A DNA stretch of 64,000 nt. It comes from a virus (taxonomy: Duplodnaviria; Caudoviricetes). Each line of letters begins with the position of its first letter. The first letter of the stretch is position 1. The notes below the pieces were generated by a model. The model was not told the DNA's origin. It saw only the letters and a list, made by a program, of their open reading frames with translations, and made no database searches. A program made the position numbers and the translations under genes. The DNA lies in IMG/VR virus record IMGVR_UViG_651703056_000001, positions 1 to 64,000 of that record, one strand, 5' to 3'. This document shows positions 30,301-42,523 of this stretch, in pieces.

Positions 30301-30918
30301 TTGGCTAAACAAAGTATTCGAACATGTCCTGTCTGCAAGAAAAAAGACAAGATTGATGTTATGGTTCAATATGAAAAACTTCCAAACAGATATTTACATC
30401 CAGAATGCAAAGAGATGGAGATAGAAAAGTTCAAGATAAATCAAATAGAGCAAGAAAAGAAAGATATTTTCTGGAAAACTCTGGCTGAAATCGTAAACTT
30501 AAAGTTTGTTGATATTCCACCACGCATTTATACCTTAGCTCAGAATTTAAGAAGTGGAAATCCTGTATTCAACAAGAGAAAAACTGACAAAAGATATCGT
30601 GATGGGTTTGAATGGGATGTTATGACACGGACAGTAATTGATTCTAAACAAAAGATTAGAACAGCAATTGAAACAAAAGACTTTCAATCAATTGATTCGG
30701 CATTATATTATATCATGAAAATTGTGGTCAATAGAATCCCCTTAGTTCATCAAAAGATGGAAAGGGAGAAGAGAGCTCTTGAGGTTCAAAAGGCTCGTGA
30801 AGCAAGTCTCACACAGGAAGATATCAAGAAGATTGTTAGATATCAATATGATGAGGAAGACGAAAAACCTAGAAAAAAACGTAAGAAACTAGGTAATGAT
30901 ATTAGTAAATGGTTATAA
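30301..30918 (+). CDS. Zn-finger replication protein, putative helicase loader (YorH-like)
   Basis: CxxC...HxxC N-terminus; directly upstream of helicase. Confidence 0.55.
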   Translation: MAKQSIRTCPVCKKKDKIDVMVQYEKLPNRYLHPECKEMEIEKFKINQIEQEKKDIFWKTLAEIVNLKFVDIPPRIYTLAQNLRSGNPVFNKRKTDKRYRDGFEWDVMTRTVIDSKQKIRTAIETKDFQSIDSALYYIMKIVVNRIPLVHQKMEREKRALEVQKAREASLTQEDIKKIVRYQYDEEDEKPRKKRKKLGNDISKWL

Positions 30919-30927
30919 GAGGAAAAT

Positions 30928-32472
30928 ATGACAACAGCTAAAAAGAAAACAAAGGCACAAGTAGAAGCTGAATCAATAAAACGACTAGCTAGTACTAATG
31001 AATCATATTTTGTAGGGTTGCTATGGAGTCAACCTATGGAAACATATACAAGCTATAGTGAAAAGATTTCGCCAGACGATTTCCTACATCCAGAATGGGG
31101 TTTTTATTTTGAATTAGGTAAACGTCTTTACAAAAAAGGAATTAAAAAGTTCGATGACATATCAGTAAATGCAACAGTTGAAGAAATTGGTGTTCGTGAT
31201 ACCTTTGAAGAGTATGGAGGATACGGAACAATGGTACAATTGATTGATATTGTTGAAGAAAATGCACAAAACATTGAATCATACTACGATGCTCTCCTCA
31301 AAAATAAAGTAATCATGGCTCTTATTGATTTAATTGGTGGAAAAGTAATTACTAATAATAAGAAGTATGATTACCGTGAAATGAATGCTCGTGAGATTTC
31401 TCAGTACTGGCAAAATCAAATGAACAATATTGCAATTGATGGAATCTCCTCATTTGAAAGTGAAAATCTCTATATCAGTGGTAAAAAGTTTTTAGGAAAC
31501 TTAGAAAATAAAGCTGATGGAGTTCTTAAATTTGCAAACTCACGTCTATTAAATAGTGTTGTACAAGGTATGCCACGTGGAGAAGTGACAATGTTAGGTG
31601 GGTTTGGTAATAGTGGTAAATCTTCATTTATGACAGATAAAGTCCTCTTGTCATGTATTTATGATGTTGACAAAACACTTGTTATTCTTAATGAAGAAGG
31701 TGCTGATAAGTTACGAGAAAAAATATTTTTAACATTGGTTAATCATGAGATGAATAAGTATGGAACTAAAGAACAGCGTAATTTTGAACGGCAAAAACTC
31801 AATAAAGTTAATGAATTAGACGATGAAGACCGCAAACTTATCTATGAAACTTTTGATAAATTAAAAGAATTAATGGATGGCGATGAAGCACATATCAAAA
31901 TCGTATTCATGGAACAATATCAGATTGAAGATTTAAAGAATATCGTAGCCCTACACGCAAATCTTGGATATGTTAACCTTATTATTGATACTCACAAAGT
32001 ACCTGATAATTATAAGTCGGCAAGTCGTTGGGAAGCAATTGTTGAAGCAACAAAAGAAATTTATAAATTAACTCGCCCTGAGTCTGGTGGATTTAACCTC
32101 CGCACTATGTTGACTGTTCAGTTGGCAGATAACCATATTAAAGATAAATTCCTTGGATATGATGCTATTGGTGAGGGTAAAGGAATGAAAAATGAAGCAT
32201 CTATTTTGATGATGTATCGTCCTATTTTCGATGATGAATATGAAAAAATCAAACCACATCGTTTTGTTAAGAGTGACCTAAGTAAAGACGGATATGTTCA
32301 AGAAGCAGTTTCACTAAAACGAAACAAAACTTATTATGTAATGTTTATTCCTAAAAACCGTTATGGTCAAAACACGGACAATGGACAAGACGCAATTATT
32401 TATGAAGCTCGATTCCAGTACAACTCATTTGTTGAGGTTGGATTTGCAACTATTCCACGTGAATATAATTAA
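30928..32472 (+). CDS. DnaB-like replicative helicase
   Basis: GGFGNSGKS Walker A, NEE, IIDT, TVQL, KNRYG arginine finger. Confidence 0.85.
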   Translation: MTTAKKKTKAQVEAESIKRLASTNESYFVGLLWSQPMETYTSYSEKISPDDFLHPEWGFYFELGKRLYKKGIKKFDDISVNATVEEIGVRDTFEEYGGYGTMVQLIDIVEENAQNIESYYDALLKNKVIMALIDLIGGKVITNNKKYDYREMNAREISQYWQNQMNNIAIDGISSFESENLYISGKKFLGNLENKADGVLKFANSRLLNSVVQGMPRGEVTMLGGFGNSGKSSFMTDKVLLSCIYDVDKTLVILNEEGADKLREKIFLTLVNHEMNKYGTKEQRNFERQKLNKVNELDDEDRKLIYETFDKLKELMDGDEAHIKIVFMEQYQIEDLKNIVALHANLGYVNLIIDTHKVPDNYKSASRWEAIVEATKEIYKLTRPESGGFNLRTMLTVQLADNHIKDKFLGYDAIGEGKGMKNEASILMMYRPIFDDEYEKIKPHRFVKSDLSKDGYVQEAVSLKRNKTYYVMFIPKNRYGQNTDNGQDAIIYEARFQYNSFVEVGFATIPREYN

Positions 32473-32482
32473 AGGATAAAAA

Positions 32483-33533
32483 ATGAATGATTTAGCAGAG
32501 ATTAAAAAACGACTCTTTGAAGAGGATAAAGTTCAAGACCTGTTTGAATCAATTGGTTGTCAAAATATAAAGTGGGAACAAGGTGAGACTCTTATTACAG
32601 CTCAGTTACCTGATGATTTTCACTCTACAAATACACGTGCTGTACAATGCAGAGTGAATGAGGGGCTATGGTGTTCAATAAGAAACAGGAATGACTTTAG
32701 CGGAGATATCTTTAACTTAATCTCTTATCTCGTACACAAAGTAAAAGGAGATGAACTACAGGATAATTTAAATGAAGCAAAGCAATATATTTGTAAGTTG
32801 TTTCATTGGAGTTATTCAAGCGGGAAGATTGAAGAAAGATATGACCCACTTAAAAACATCAAAAGTATGATGTATAAAGGAAGAGGTAAGGTAAGAAAGC
32901 CTAACAAAGTTCTTAATGAGAGTGTTCTATTCGATTTCTTAGATTTGCCTAATAAGCTATGGGAAGATGAAGGAATAAGTATAGAAACTCAAAGGACTTA
33001 TGACATTGGGTTTGATATTCTCACTAGAAGAATCACAATTCCTGTTCGTAATAAGTTTGGACAGTTAGTAGGGGTCAAGGGTAGAATGCTTTTAGAGGAT
33101 GATGTGAATGAGTCAGACCCTAAATATATATACATCTACAAGTGTAATCAATCACAGGAACTGTTTAATTTCTATATTGCTAATAAATCAGCAAAAGAAA
33201 AGAAAGAACTAATCATTGTAGAAGGTGAAAAATCTTGTATGAAATTTTATGAGAATAAGATTTACAATGTAGTAGCTCTTGGTTCGAGTGATATTTCTCC
33301 TGCTCAGGTTGATATGATTTACTCACTAGGATTTGACATTGAGATTGTTCTAGCTTATGATAGTGACAAAACAATTGATGAAATTCAAAAGACAGCAGAG
33401 AAGCTCAATCAAAGAAGTGTGTCAATGGTATTTGACAAAGAAAAGAAAACTGGCAAAAAAATCTGCCCCCATTGATAATGGTATCAAGGTTTGGAAAGAT
33501 TTATATAATAACTATAAATACGATTTGGAGTGA
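32483..33533 (+). CDS. DnaG-type primase (TOPRIM); apparent frameshift near 33441-33461
   Basis: RITIPVRN..GQLVG.KGR, KY, IVEGEKS, LAYDSD; removing one A extends to SAPIDNGIKVWKDLY...DLE* ending 6 nt before recJ start. Confidence 0.8.
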
Positions 33534-33539
33534 TGAAAC

Positions 33540-35321
33540 ATGGTAAAATGGATACAAAAGAAAGCAAAGATTAAAGCTGATAGAGAGGATGATTTAAAGA
33601 CAAAAATTTTAAAAGCACGTGGGATTCCCTTAGAAGACCATCAGGAGTTTTTGTTTCCTGATGAAAAGTGGGAAAATCACCCTTTTGAAATACGCAATGT
33701 AGAGAGGGCTGTCAATCGTATCTTGGAAGGTATTGCAGACAAAGAAACAATTGTAGTAAGTGGAGACCCTGATGCAGACGGAATCACAGCAACAGCCATT
33801 ATGTTCAATCGACTGAAAGCACTACAAGATTTTAATGAGTTCAACTTAGATTACATCTATCCTCAACGTGATACAGGTCATGGATTGTATGGTCAATTAT
33901 CAGTTCAAGACCATTGGTTAAATAAAGCGGAAAAGGCAAAGGCTGAAAAAGATAAAGAAAGTCTTGCTAAGTGGGAAAAGTTGATTGACCTTAGTCGTTC
34001 AAACATTGAAAAGACAAAAGTAGCTGACATTCTCATTGTTTTGGATAGTTCAAGTAATGACTTAAAAGGTGTTGAGCGTGCTCGAACATTGAATCCTGAT
34101 TTAGATATTATTATCCTAGACCACCATGAGTTCGACTCCAAAGAGATTGCGAACAAAATGGACAAGGAAGTTATCTTATGCAACCCTCATCATCACCTAG
34201 ACGAATCAGTCAATAAAGATTTATCAGGTGCTGGTATGGCTTATAAAGTAGCTAAAGGAATTGATGAGGTATTAGATGATGATGGATTCTCTAATAAATT
34301 TCGTGATTTAGTCGCAATCGGTTTGGTAGGAGACATGATGAGTGTTCTTAATTTTGAGAATCGTTACCTTATCTCACAAGGGTTGCAAAATGTTAACAAC
34401 ATTGGTTTATCACGAATCCTTAAAGGTGCTAAAATTAATACATACCGATACAACACTAAAGACATTGGATATAGTATTGCACCATTGATTAACTCATCTG
34501 CTCGTATGGGAGAGATTGAACTTGCTTTTCAAATTTTAATGGTAGATAATGATACTGATGCCAAAAAACTCCGTCTCAAAATGGATAAATTGAATAAGAA
34601 ACGTCAAGAAACTCAAAAAGCCGTCATGCAAAAATATGAAGACACTCAAAATATGGAAGACAAGATTGTCATTGTTATTGATTCAGAATCAAACAAAGGT
34701 ATGAATGGTCTAGTAGCTCAGAATATTGCTCAAAAATATCATCGTCCATGTTTCGTTGTTACAGAAGGCAAAGATGGAATCTGTCGTGGTTCAGGTCGTT
34801 CTTATGGTAGCTTTAATACTAATGAGTTCTTGAGTGAATTGGACTTCGTAGAAGCACAAGGACATGGACAAGCTCATGGATTGAATTTTCCTCTTGACCG
34901 ATTAGATGATTTAAAAGAGTATATCGAAGAAAATATGCCAGATAATCTTGAAACAGAACAGACATTCTATTACGACATTGAATTGGAAAATATTGAAGAA
35001 GCATTCATGGACTTGACTGACTTAATCAATATCAATTACATTACAGGTAATAAATTTCCAGAAGTTGTAGTACGTATGAATAATGTTATGATTGAGGAAC
35101 GTGCAGTTATTGGTAAAACAAAAGAAACAGTTAAATTTAAAACAAGTGGAGACTTAGTTTTTATTAAGTTTAAAGTTAATGAAGACTGGAATAAAGATAT
35201 TGATACATTTGACACTGTTAGTGTTGTAGGTAATGGTACAATTAATGAGTTTTATAACTTCGCAACAAAAGAAATGACACGAACACCTCAAATTATTATC
35301 ATGGATATTATAAAGGAATGA
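33540..35321 (+). CDS. recJ: RecJ-like ssDNA exonuclease (DHH family)
   Basis: GDPDADG, LDHH, DLSGAG, GDMM, P.INSSAR, GSGRS, GH..A.G. Confidence 0.9.
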   Translation: MVKWIQKKAKIKADREDDLKTKILKARGIPLEDHQEFLFPDEKWENHPFEIRNVERAVNRILEGIADKETIVVSGDPDADGITATAIMFNRLKALQDFNEFNLDYIYPQRDTGHGLYGQLSVQDHWLNKAEKAKAEKDKESLAKWEKLIDLSRSNIEKTKVADILIVLDSSSNDLKGVERARTLNPDLDIIILDHHEFDSKEIANKMDKEVILCNPHHHLDESVNKDLSGAGMAYKVAKGIDEVLDDDGFSNKFRDLVAIGLVGDMMSVLNFENRYLISQGLQNVNNIGLSRILKGAKINTYRYNTKDIGYSIAPLINSSARMGEIELAFQILMVDNDTDAKKLRLKMDKLNKKRQETQKAVMQKYEDTQNMEDKIVIVIDSESNKGMNGLVAQNIAQKYHRPCFVVTEGKDGICRGSGRSYGSFNTNEFLSELDFVEAQGHGQAHGLNFPLDRLDDLKEYIEENMPDNLETEQTFYYDIELENIEEAFMDLTDLININYITGNKFPEVVVRMNNVMIEERAVIGKTKETVKFKTSGDLVFIKFKVNEDWNKDIDTFDTVSVVGNGTINEFYNFATKEMTRTPQIIIMDIIKE

Positions 35322-35322
35322 G

Positions 35323-35610
35323 ATGAAAATTGAAGAAATTAAACATGTAAAACCAGAAGATCTTGCTGTCATTGAAGATGGTACTGTATATGGTTATGTT
35401 GTAGACAGAGGATATAAAGATGGGGCAATCATAGTCGATGAATACCCTAAACTATATACAAAAGAAAGCATGATGAAATTTATGCAAGAAAATGTTAAAC
35501 ATGCGTTAGCTATGTATGGTATGACATTCGACAGCAAAGATGGAATGGCGGAAAATCGAAGACTAACAAAAGAAGAAAGAGATATCGTAATTGAAGATTT
35601 CTTTTCATGA
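35323..35610 (+). CDS. Hypothetical protein
   Basis: ORF. Confidence 0.6.
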   Translation: MKIEEIKHVKPEDLAVIEDGTVYGYVVDRGYKDGAIIVDEYPKLYTKESMMKFMQENVKHALAMYGMTFDSKDGMAENRRLTKEERDIVIEDFFS

Positions 35611-35984
35611 GGAGAACATAATGAATCATAAAAGACAAGAATATGGATATAATCAAATGTTGTTCAACTATATTACAGATTATTCACAGCAGATTAATGA
35701 AGCGGTAAGTCACATGGAATTTATTTGGCAGAACAGAGATAACTTCAAAGAAGATATTGAAGTCGAAGAAGTGATTAAGACATTCAAAAAAGTTATTGAA
35801 GAGAAAGTGGAACTTTTTCTATCATATCTTGAACCGCTAGACGAAGAATAAAATGATAACAAAACATTAGAAACTTCACATTATTTTCAAAAGAGTAATT
35901 TATTTACTCTTTTTTTTATTTTATGTTTGACAAAAGTATTGTAATTTGATATAATTATAAATATAGAAAGTAGAGGAACTAAAC

Positions 35985-36284
35985 ATGGCAAACATCACTA
36001 TCGAAACACGCAATGCATCATTTGAAGAAATCCTTGAAACAATCAGCGACCGACAACGTGTAGTTATTGACTACTTGGAAGCATTTGACGAACCTTTATC
36101 TGCAAGTGACATTGCGTATGGCTTATATATTAACGGACTTGTTCCAACACCTGAACGCAATTCAGTACATCCTCGATTAACAGAATTGACAAAAATGGGA
36201 ATTGTACATGCGGTCGGTAAGAAAAAAGACCGAGTTACAAATCGAAAAGTTGCGGTATATGAATTAGTAAAGGAAGTTCGATAA
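35985..36284 (+). CDS. Winged-helix DNA-binding protein
   Basis: 'RQRVVIDYL...LSASDIA...RNSVHPRLTEL..MGIV..VGKK.D.VT.R...Y'. Confidence 0.75.
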   Translation: MANITIETRNASFEEILETISDRQRVVIDYLEAFDEPLSASDIAYGLYINGLVPTPERNSVHPRLTELTKMGIVHAVGKKKDRVTNRKVAVYELVKEVR

Positions 36285-36865
36285 TGAAAAAACTTAATGC
36301 AAATCAAACAATTCCAACAAACATTGTGAAATACTTGAATGGAGTCCATCATAATGAATATGAAAGTGTAGTTGATGCATTTATTGAATCATACGATGAC
36401 TGGACATTACCTGATGAACTTAATGATTTCTGCAAAGACATTAAGAACTTTCACTTATGTGTAATCTACTTGCTAGATAGCGAAAGGTCATTACATATGT
36501 TTGAGAACGGAGAATAATATGTATCCTATAAGAAAGGAGAAAATATGGGAAAGTTTTTAAAATTTAAACAGTTCTGGTGTGGTCACTTTGCTCTTGGTCA
36601 TCGTGGAAGTGTAGATGGTTTCAAACTGAATGTCACATGGCTTTCACACAATAAAAAGGTTGAAGTTGAAATCACAAATAAGTGTGTAAAATGTGGTGTA
36701 GAAACTTTAGTGTATCTTGGATTTTTAACCCCCTCAGAATACGTCAGATTCAATTCTAAGCATCTTTTTGACAAATTTGTCCAAACATACGCTGATGAGC
36801 GTGTGTATGACCATGTGGTCATTTCAGAGGGTATTAAAAAGGAGAGGCGAGTAAGAAAGGTGTAA
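36284..36865 (+). CDS. Two hypothetical proteins (36284..36517, 36545..36865)
   Basis: ORFs with RBS. Confidence 0.55.
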
Positions 36866-37305
36866 AATAAGAATTTTATATATGGTTTATTATGGTGCTT
36901 TTTATTTGACAAAGACAAATAAATAGTGTATAATAGTGTATAGAATAAAGAAACAAAAATAAACGTTTAATTAGTAAGAGGTTGTAAGTTTGAAGCATGG
37001 GGACTAGAATTTAAGGAGATTGAATTATGAAAAAGGTAAAATTTGAATTTAATGACAGTTACCAAATACCTGTAACAGAAGTTTTTGAATTTGAAGACGA
37101 AACGACAGAAGAGGAAATCGAAAAAGAGTTTCGTGAGTGGTTTTTTAACGAACTTGATATAGCTGGTATAGGAGGAAATTTTGAGGAGATAGAAGAATGA
37201 CCGACAAAGAATTTAGAGTTTGCACCAATTGTGGTGTTATGGATTTAAAAAGTAATATGTGGAACATGAATTACGGATACTATCTCTGTGATGACTGTTA
37301 CTGGG

Positions 37306-37361
37306 AAGACGAGGCCTCAGAATGACCGACAAACTAATATCGCTGGTCAATGACTGGTGGG
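37306..37361 (+). repeat. ~56-bp repeat shared with 10625-10680, encoding mini-ORF MTDKLISLVNDWW
   Basis: AAGACGAGG...TCAGAATGAC.GACAAACTAATATCGCTGGTCAATGACTGGTGGG at both sites. Confidence 0.85.
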
Positions 37362-37371
37362 GAGGGATTGA

Positions 37372-37587
37372 ATGAAATCAAGCTGGAAGAAGCAAAGACA
37401 AGCAACTAAAAAACGGCAAATTAAAAATATAAGAATCGTTAAATTTTATTTAGGGAGCGAATGCTGGCTTTATTACCAAGAGCTTGAAAAGAACTGTCCT
37501 GAATGCGGTTATATAATGGGTTACTATGAAAATTTTGATGATTGTTACTATTCGTGCAGTAGATGTGACTTTCAGGAAGAGGATTGA
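37372..37587 (+). CDS. Small Zn-ribbon protein
   Basis: CPECG...CSRCD. Confidence 0.6.
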   Translation: MKSSWKKQRQATKKRQIKNIRIVKFYLGSECWLYYQELEKNCPECGYIMGYYENFDDCYYSCSRCDFQEED

Positions 37588-37793
37588 ATGACGCTTAAAG
37601 AATTATTAGATTCGTACAATATTGAAGGCTCGGAATACTATAAAATAGAAATTTCAACTAATAAAGTCAAATTTGGATGGAAGGGAAAATACCCATCTTG
37701 TGCATTAAGTTCAGACTTACTATATAGAGCTGTAAATAATTGGGGTATTGACTCTCAAAAAAGAGAAATATTTATCATTTTGGAGGACAACCA

Positions 37794-38000
37794 ATGAAAC
37801 TTTTGTGTAAGCTGTTCGGGCATAAGTGGGAATATATAGGAACTTTAAGCAATGGAGAGTACCAAAGGTATAAAGAAAGGTGTGAAAGATGCGATAAGGT
37901 TGTAATTGCAACATTTGCGACGAAAAACCCCTATGTTATCAACCGCTCAGACCTTGACGAGTCTGAAAGTATGGTTAAGGAGGAATACAAAAATGAATAA
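37794..38000 (+). CDS. DUF1660 family prophage protein
   Basis: MKLLCKLFGHKW...CERC...NRSDLDESE. Confidence 0.8.
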   Translation: MKLLCKLFGHKWEYIGTLSNGEYQRYKERCERCDKVVIATFATKNPYVINRSDLDESESMVKEEYKNE

Positions 38001-38328
38001 ATTAATTGAAAAATATATTTTAACAATTATTGCACTTATTTGCGATGTTTTGGCAATGGCAATCTCAATTGTAACGCTTAGTTTAAGTTGGAATCACTTT
38101 ATTGTACCAGCTTTTAATGCTCCAAAGTTAGGATTCATGTTAACATTTGCAATTATGGTGATGTGGGAGTTGTTTGCATATAGAGCAGAGATAACAGGAA
38201 TTACAACTCTTTTATCTAAAACTACAAATACACCCAACGAACAAATTGCAGTTGATTATGCTGTAACCAACGTAATGGTTTCACTAATAATTGGATTGAC
38301 TCTCTTAGTGCTAAGCGTATTTATTTAA
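37993..38328 (+). CDS. Membrane protein
   Basis: Three hydrophobic helices; GGAGG RBS before MNKLIEK. Confidence 0.6.
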   Translation: MNKLIEKYILTIIALICDVLAMAISIVTLSLSWNHFIVPAFNAPKLGFMLTFAIMVMWELFAYRAEITGITTLLSKTTNTPNEQIAVDYAVTNVMVSLIIGLTLLVLSVFI

Positions 38329-38410
38329 AACTATCTAATGATAGTTTTAAATTTGACTTTTGAATGATATTATGATATAATATATATTATAAAGTTAAGG
38401 AGAAACGTAA

Positions 38411-40227
38411 ATGAAAAAGAAACTTGATACAATTAATGAACGTATTCAACAGTTAGCAGAATTGTATGAATGTCAAATGGATGTCACTCTATCTACAAAT
38501 GATAAAGAAAAGTTATTTCAAATTTACTTAGAATATCAAAAAGAGAGTGCAAAAGTAACGAGTTCAAGAATGATATATTTAGCACGAAGTTCTGGAAACA
38601 CTCAGCTTCTAAGACATTTTGGTGTTTTTGAAATGTTTGAATATATGGAGACAAAAAATGGAAAGTAAAGAAATATTTACTAAAGCACAACTATCAATCT
38701 ATCGAAACTTACTTATTATCTGGATGAATAATTCAAACTTAAGATTTAATCAACTTATCTCTAATCTTCAAGTAGATTTTAATAATCAGCAGTTTAGAAA
38801 ATACTCACGTAGCGATGGGACACCAGATTTATTCTGTTTGAGCGATGAGAAGTTTGCAGAATTTTTAGAAGATTTAATAGAGGAGAATAGTTAATGGAAT
38901 ATAAAAAATCATTTGTACACAATGGATTAAAATATCAACGCTCAGAGGACACAGTTCTCTTTACACTTAGAAATAAAAATAACCAATACATTGGAATTGA
39001 TTTAGGTCGTAATGGTAATGAATTTGTTATTGAAAAGACCGTTTTAACAACAAGTGACGAAGCATTTATCTTTATGATGGATAAAGAGATTTTTGAAGAA
39101 AAAGGAATCTCTAACACAATTGCTATGCTACGTAAAGAGGCTAGTAACAAAATGAACTATGCAGGATTTAAGCCAGTCATGGTGTAGGGAGACTAATATG
39201 GTACGGTATTTAGTACAATGGAAGAATGGAGAAAATTTTACCAATCATGGATTCTTTCGAATAAGTGAACAGGCATTTGAGTCAATCAAAGATTGGTGGG
39301 AACTAAATAGTTTTAAACCTAATTATGTTCGTGTTCTTGGTGAAGACGACACAATCAAAGCAATTGACTATGGGAGTTATACATCATTTTATTATATTAT
39401 TCCAGTAACAGAAGATACCTTTAGCGATTTATTAATCAATGGTGTAGAAGCATATGGAATGAATGTAAATTGGAATAAATATAAAAGTAATTAAACTGTA
39501 ATTGACTTTGTTATTTAAATATGGTATAATTATTATATCAAGTTAAGGAGAAACGTAAATGAACATAAAACAAATTTTAGACATGGAAGTTGTCAAAGAA
39601 GTACGTGTTGATTGGAATGACAATCACGATGGAGTATCTCATTTTGATATCAACACTCTTGATACAGCATTTTTTATGGAGGATGAATGGGATAAAGTAG
39701 CAGAACACATTATGTATAAATTTGTTATTTATCATAATGTTGATGGTCGAAGAATTTGGGCTTTAGGATATGCAACTTTTGATAACGTTCCATTTATGAT
39801 TATTCAAAATGCAGGTCGTGAGGGTGATGATTATGTTCAAGAGTATATCTTTAATGAAGAGGTGTATGAACAAGCCGTAGAATTATTACTTGATATTCAA
39901 AGGGCTATCCCAAGAGGAGTCAGAAAGCCAACTATTTATAGTATCGAAGAACACAATAAGAATTTGAACTCGTTTTATGGTTATGAAATTAAGGAGAACT
40001 AAAACATGGAAATTAAAAAAAAGACTGGTGGATTTGCTGATATGTCTGGGTGGCTGATTGAAGGTGCAAACATATCTATTGCGGTTGATGAATTAACTAA
40101 TACACAGAGTGTAGTTTGTTATCCAGACCATAAAGTTGAATCCCATCAAGAAGCAGATAATTTGATAGTTTATCTCACAGAAGATGAACTTGAACTCTTG
40201 AAAAAGATTTTCAGAATCGAGGAATAA
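38411..40227 (+). CDS. Run of six hypothetical proteins (38411..38668, 38619..38894, 38894..39187, 39159..39494, 39559..40002, 40006..40227)
   Basis: Consecutive + strand ORFs with RBS and two promoters; some starts uncertain. Confidence 0.55.
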
Positions 40228-40329
40228 AATTTAATTGACAAGGAAAAGTCAATAACACCTAATCACTATATACATGAGTGCGTGGTCAGCAGAGTAGCTG
40301 GTGTAAAATAACTCATGTATATAGATTTA

Positions 40330-40466
40330 TATATCGTTAGTCGTGGTTGACTGATTGAATAGCTTGATAGATGATTTTCAATGTATGATGAGACAGTCTT
40401 GTAAAGGATTCTGAATTGTTAATCGGAGAGTGAAAAATTTTGCAGGTTCGATTCCTGTCGATATAG
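40330..40466 (+). ncRNA. tRNA-like RNA, 137 nt, with expanded anticodon loop and long insertion
   Basis: Acceptor TATATCG/CGATATA, D-arm AGTC-GTGGTT-GACT, T-arm GCAGG-TTCGATT-CCTGT. Confidence 0.6.
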
Positions 40467-40482
40467 TTAAGGAGGTTCTCAT

Positions 40483-41196
40483 ATGAAAGAACATATTGTA
40501 GTAGTCGATGAAGTTCACGAAGATAACATGGAGAAACTAAAAAACATAAATAATGTAAAAGAATCTGTACAAGTGCTTTCCGACTCTTTTGTTGAAGTTG
40601 CAGGAAAAATGAAAGAATTGGCAGATTCTTTACGTGGCGAACCTGTTGATGTTTATGACCCATTAACAGACAAACGTAAGAGAGAACAATCTTTCAAAAA
40701 TGGTGTAAGTAATCTTAAACATATCAAAAAACGTGGAGGAAAGTAATATGTTAGTTAAAGTAGGAAAACGTATAAAAAAACAAAAGGAACAAAAATTATG
40801 AGAATAACTAAATACATCAAAAATAATAATGTTAAAATAGTTGTGTTATTAACAATTATTACATTAATCATTAGCATTGCATACGCATTTAATTATTCAT
40901 CAAATAAAAAAATAAATGACAAAAAAGAATCAATAAAAACTGAAATTTATTTAAATAAACTTAATGAATTAAAAGATGAAAATGATAGAATATTAGAATT
41001 ATATCGTGTTACAGATGGAATATCAGAATACGAATATGAAACTTATGAAGAAAGAGAATTAAAAAATCTTAAAGACTGGCAAAAAGATAATAATATGACA
41101 GATGAAGAATATAATGATATGAAAGATTTTGTAGAATTAAATACTAAAACATATAGTGATGTATATTTTAATCAGCCAACGAGAAATAATTACTAA
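40483..41196 (+). CDS. Two hypothetical proteins (40483..40746; 40798..41196 membrane-anchored)
   Basis: ORFs; second has an N-terminal TM helix. Confidence 0.55.
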
Positions 41197-41296
41197 AAAT
41201 AATGACTTTATTCTTGACAAGTGTTTAAGGATATGATATAATATATACATAGAGTCAGGGTAATAACCCACACGAACTCGAAAAGGAGAAAACATA

Positions 41297-42373
41297 ATGA
41301 CAGTAATTAACGTAAGTAACAAATTCCAAATCTTTCCAGATGACCTTAAAACATTCGATAAACTTCCAAAAGGAACGTATAATGTCCGTTTTAACAAAAT
41401 GGAGGGATTCTCTCTTATTAAACGTGATAACTTAACTGTAGATGAAAAAATGTACGGAAATCACAAAGAAAAAGCTCAAAAAGCTATTAAAACATTCGGT
41501 TTATTTGAACGCTCTATGGGTATTATTCTTTCAGGAGATAAAGGAATTGGAAAAACAATGTTTACACGCTACCTTGCAAATCAATTTGTAGAGGAAAATG
41601 AACTACCTGTGATTTTAGTTGACCAACCATACTTTGGTATTGCTGATTTCCTTTCTTCTATCAAGCAAGAAGCAATGATTCTTTTCGATGAATTTGAAAA
41701 GGTCTTTGACCAAAATGATGATAATGCTGAGAGACAAGATTCATTGCTTGGATTGTTTGATGGGCTATCTAGCACAAAACACATGTATGTAATCACGGTT
41801 AATGACTTAAATCGTTTAAGTAGTTTCATGCAAAATCGTACTGGACGATTTCATTACCATTTCCGATTCAAATATCCTAAAGGTCAAGAAGTTCGTGATT
41901 ACATCCATGACCACGTTCAAGACATTGATGAATCAGTTTTAGATAAAATTGTTGACTTTAGTACAAAAGTTAAAGTTACATTTGACACACTTCGTTCAAT
42001 TGCTTTTGAAGTAGCAAATGGACATAGCTTTTCTGAAACTATTGAAGACCTTAATATTAGCCAAGGAGACGCTTCTCGATACTCTATCTTGGTTAAACTT
42101 AAAGATGGCACAATTCATAAAATTCAAGATAAGTACGAAGTTGATTTATTCGAAGATTTTGTAAAATTTGGTGGTCATATTGATGGAGAATGGGTTAAGT
42201 TTGTCTTTGAATCTAAGAACTTACAATCAATTGCGTCCGAGGATGGATACCTTGTAGACACAGGTATTGAAGCTAAAGTTTATGATGATGAAGATGGCGA
42301 ATATGTTCCACTAGAAATTGCCGAGATTCTTCTTAAAATCAACAATGATGCAAGTATTAAATATACAGTTTAA
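41297..42373 (+). CDS. AAA+ ATPase
   Basis: GDKGIGKT Walker A, LFDEFEK Walker B, NRTGRFHY. Confidence 0.85.
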   Translation: MTVINVSNKFQIFPDDLKTFDKLPKGTYNVRFNKMEGFSLIKRDNLTVDEKMYGNHKEKAQKAIKTFGLFERSMGIILSGDKGIGKTMFTRYLANQFVEENELPVILVDQPYFGIADFLSSIKQEAMILFDEFEKVFDQNDDNAERQDSLLGLFDGLSSTKHMYVITVNDLNRLSSFMQNRTGRFHYHFRFKYPKGQEVRDYIHDHVQDIDESVLDKIVDFSTKVKVTFDTLRSIAFEVANGHSFSETIEDLNISQGDASRYSILVKLKDGTIHKIQDKYEVDLFEDFVKFGGHIDGEWVKFVFESKNLQSIASEDGYLVDTGIEAKVYDDEDGEYVPLEIAEILLKINNDASIKYTV

Positions 42374-42402
42374 AAAAATATTAGACACGCAAGTGTCTAT
42401 AA

Positions 42403-42475
42403 GGCTCTTTAGCTTAATTGGTAAAGTCCTCCGCCCATAACGGAGTAAGTGCAGGTTCAAGCCCTGCAAGAGCCA
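42403..42475 (+). tRNA. tRNA-Met/Ile2 (CAT)
   Basis: GGCTCTT/AAGAGCC acceptor, CTCCG-CCCATAA-CGGAG anticodon arm, GCAGG-TTCAAGC-CCTGC. Confidence 0.85.
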
Positions 42476-42523
42476 TTCCCTAAAAGGAAAATAGACAGAT
42501 AGATAGAAAGAGAGGTACTAACC

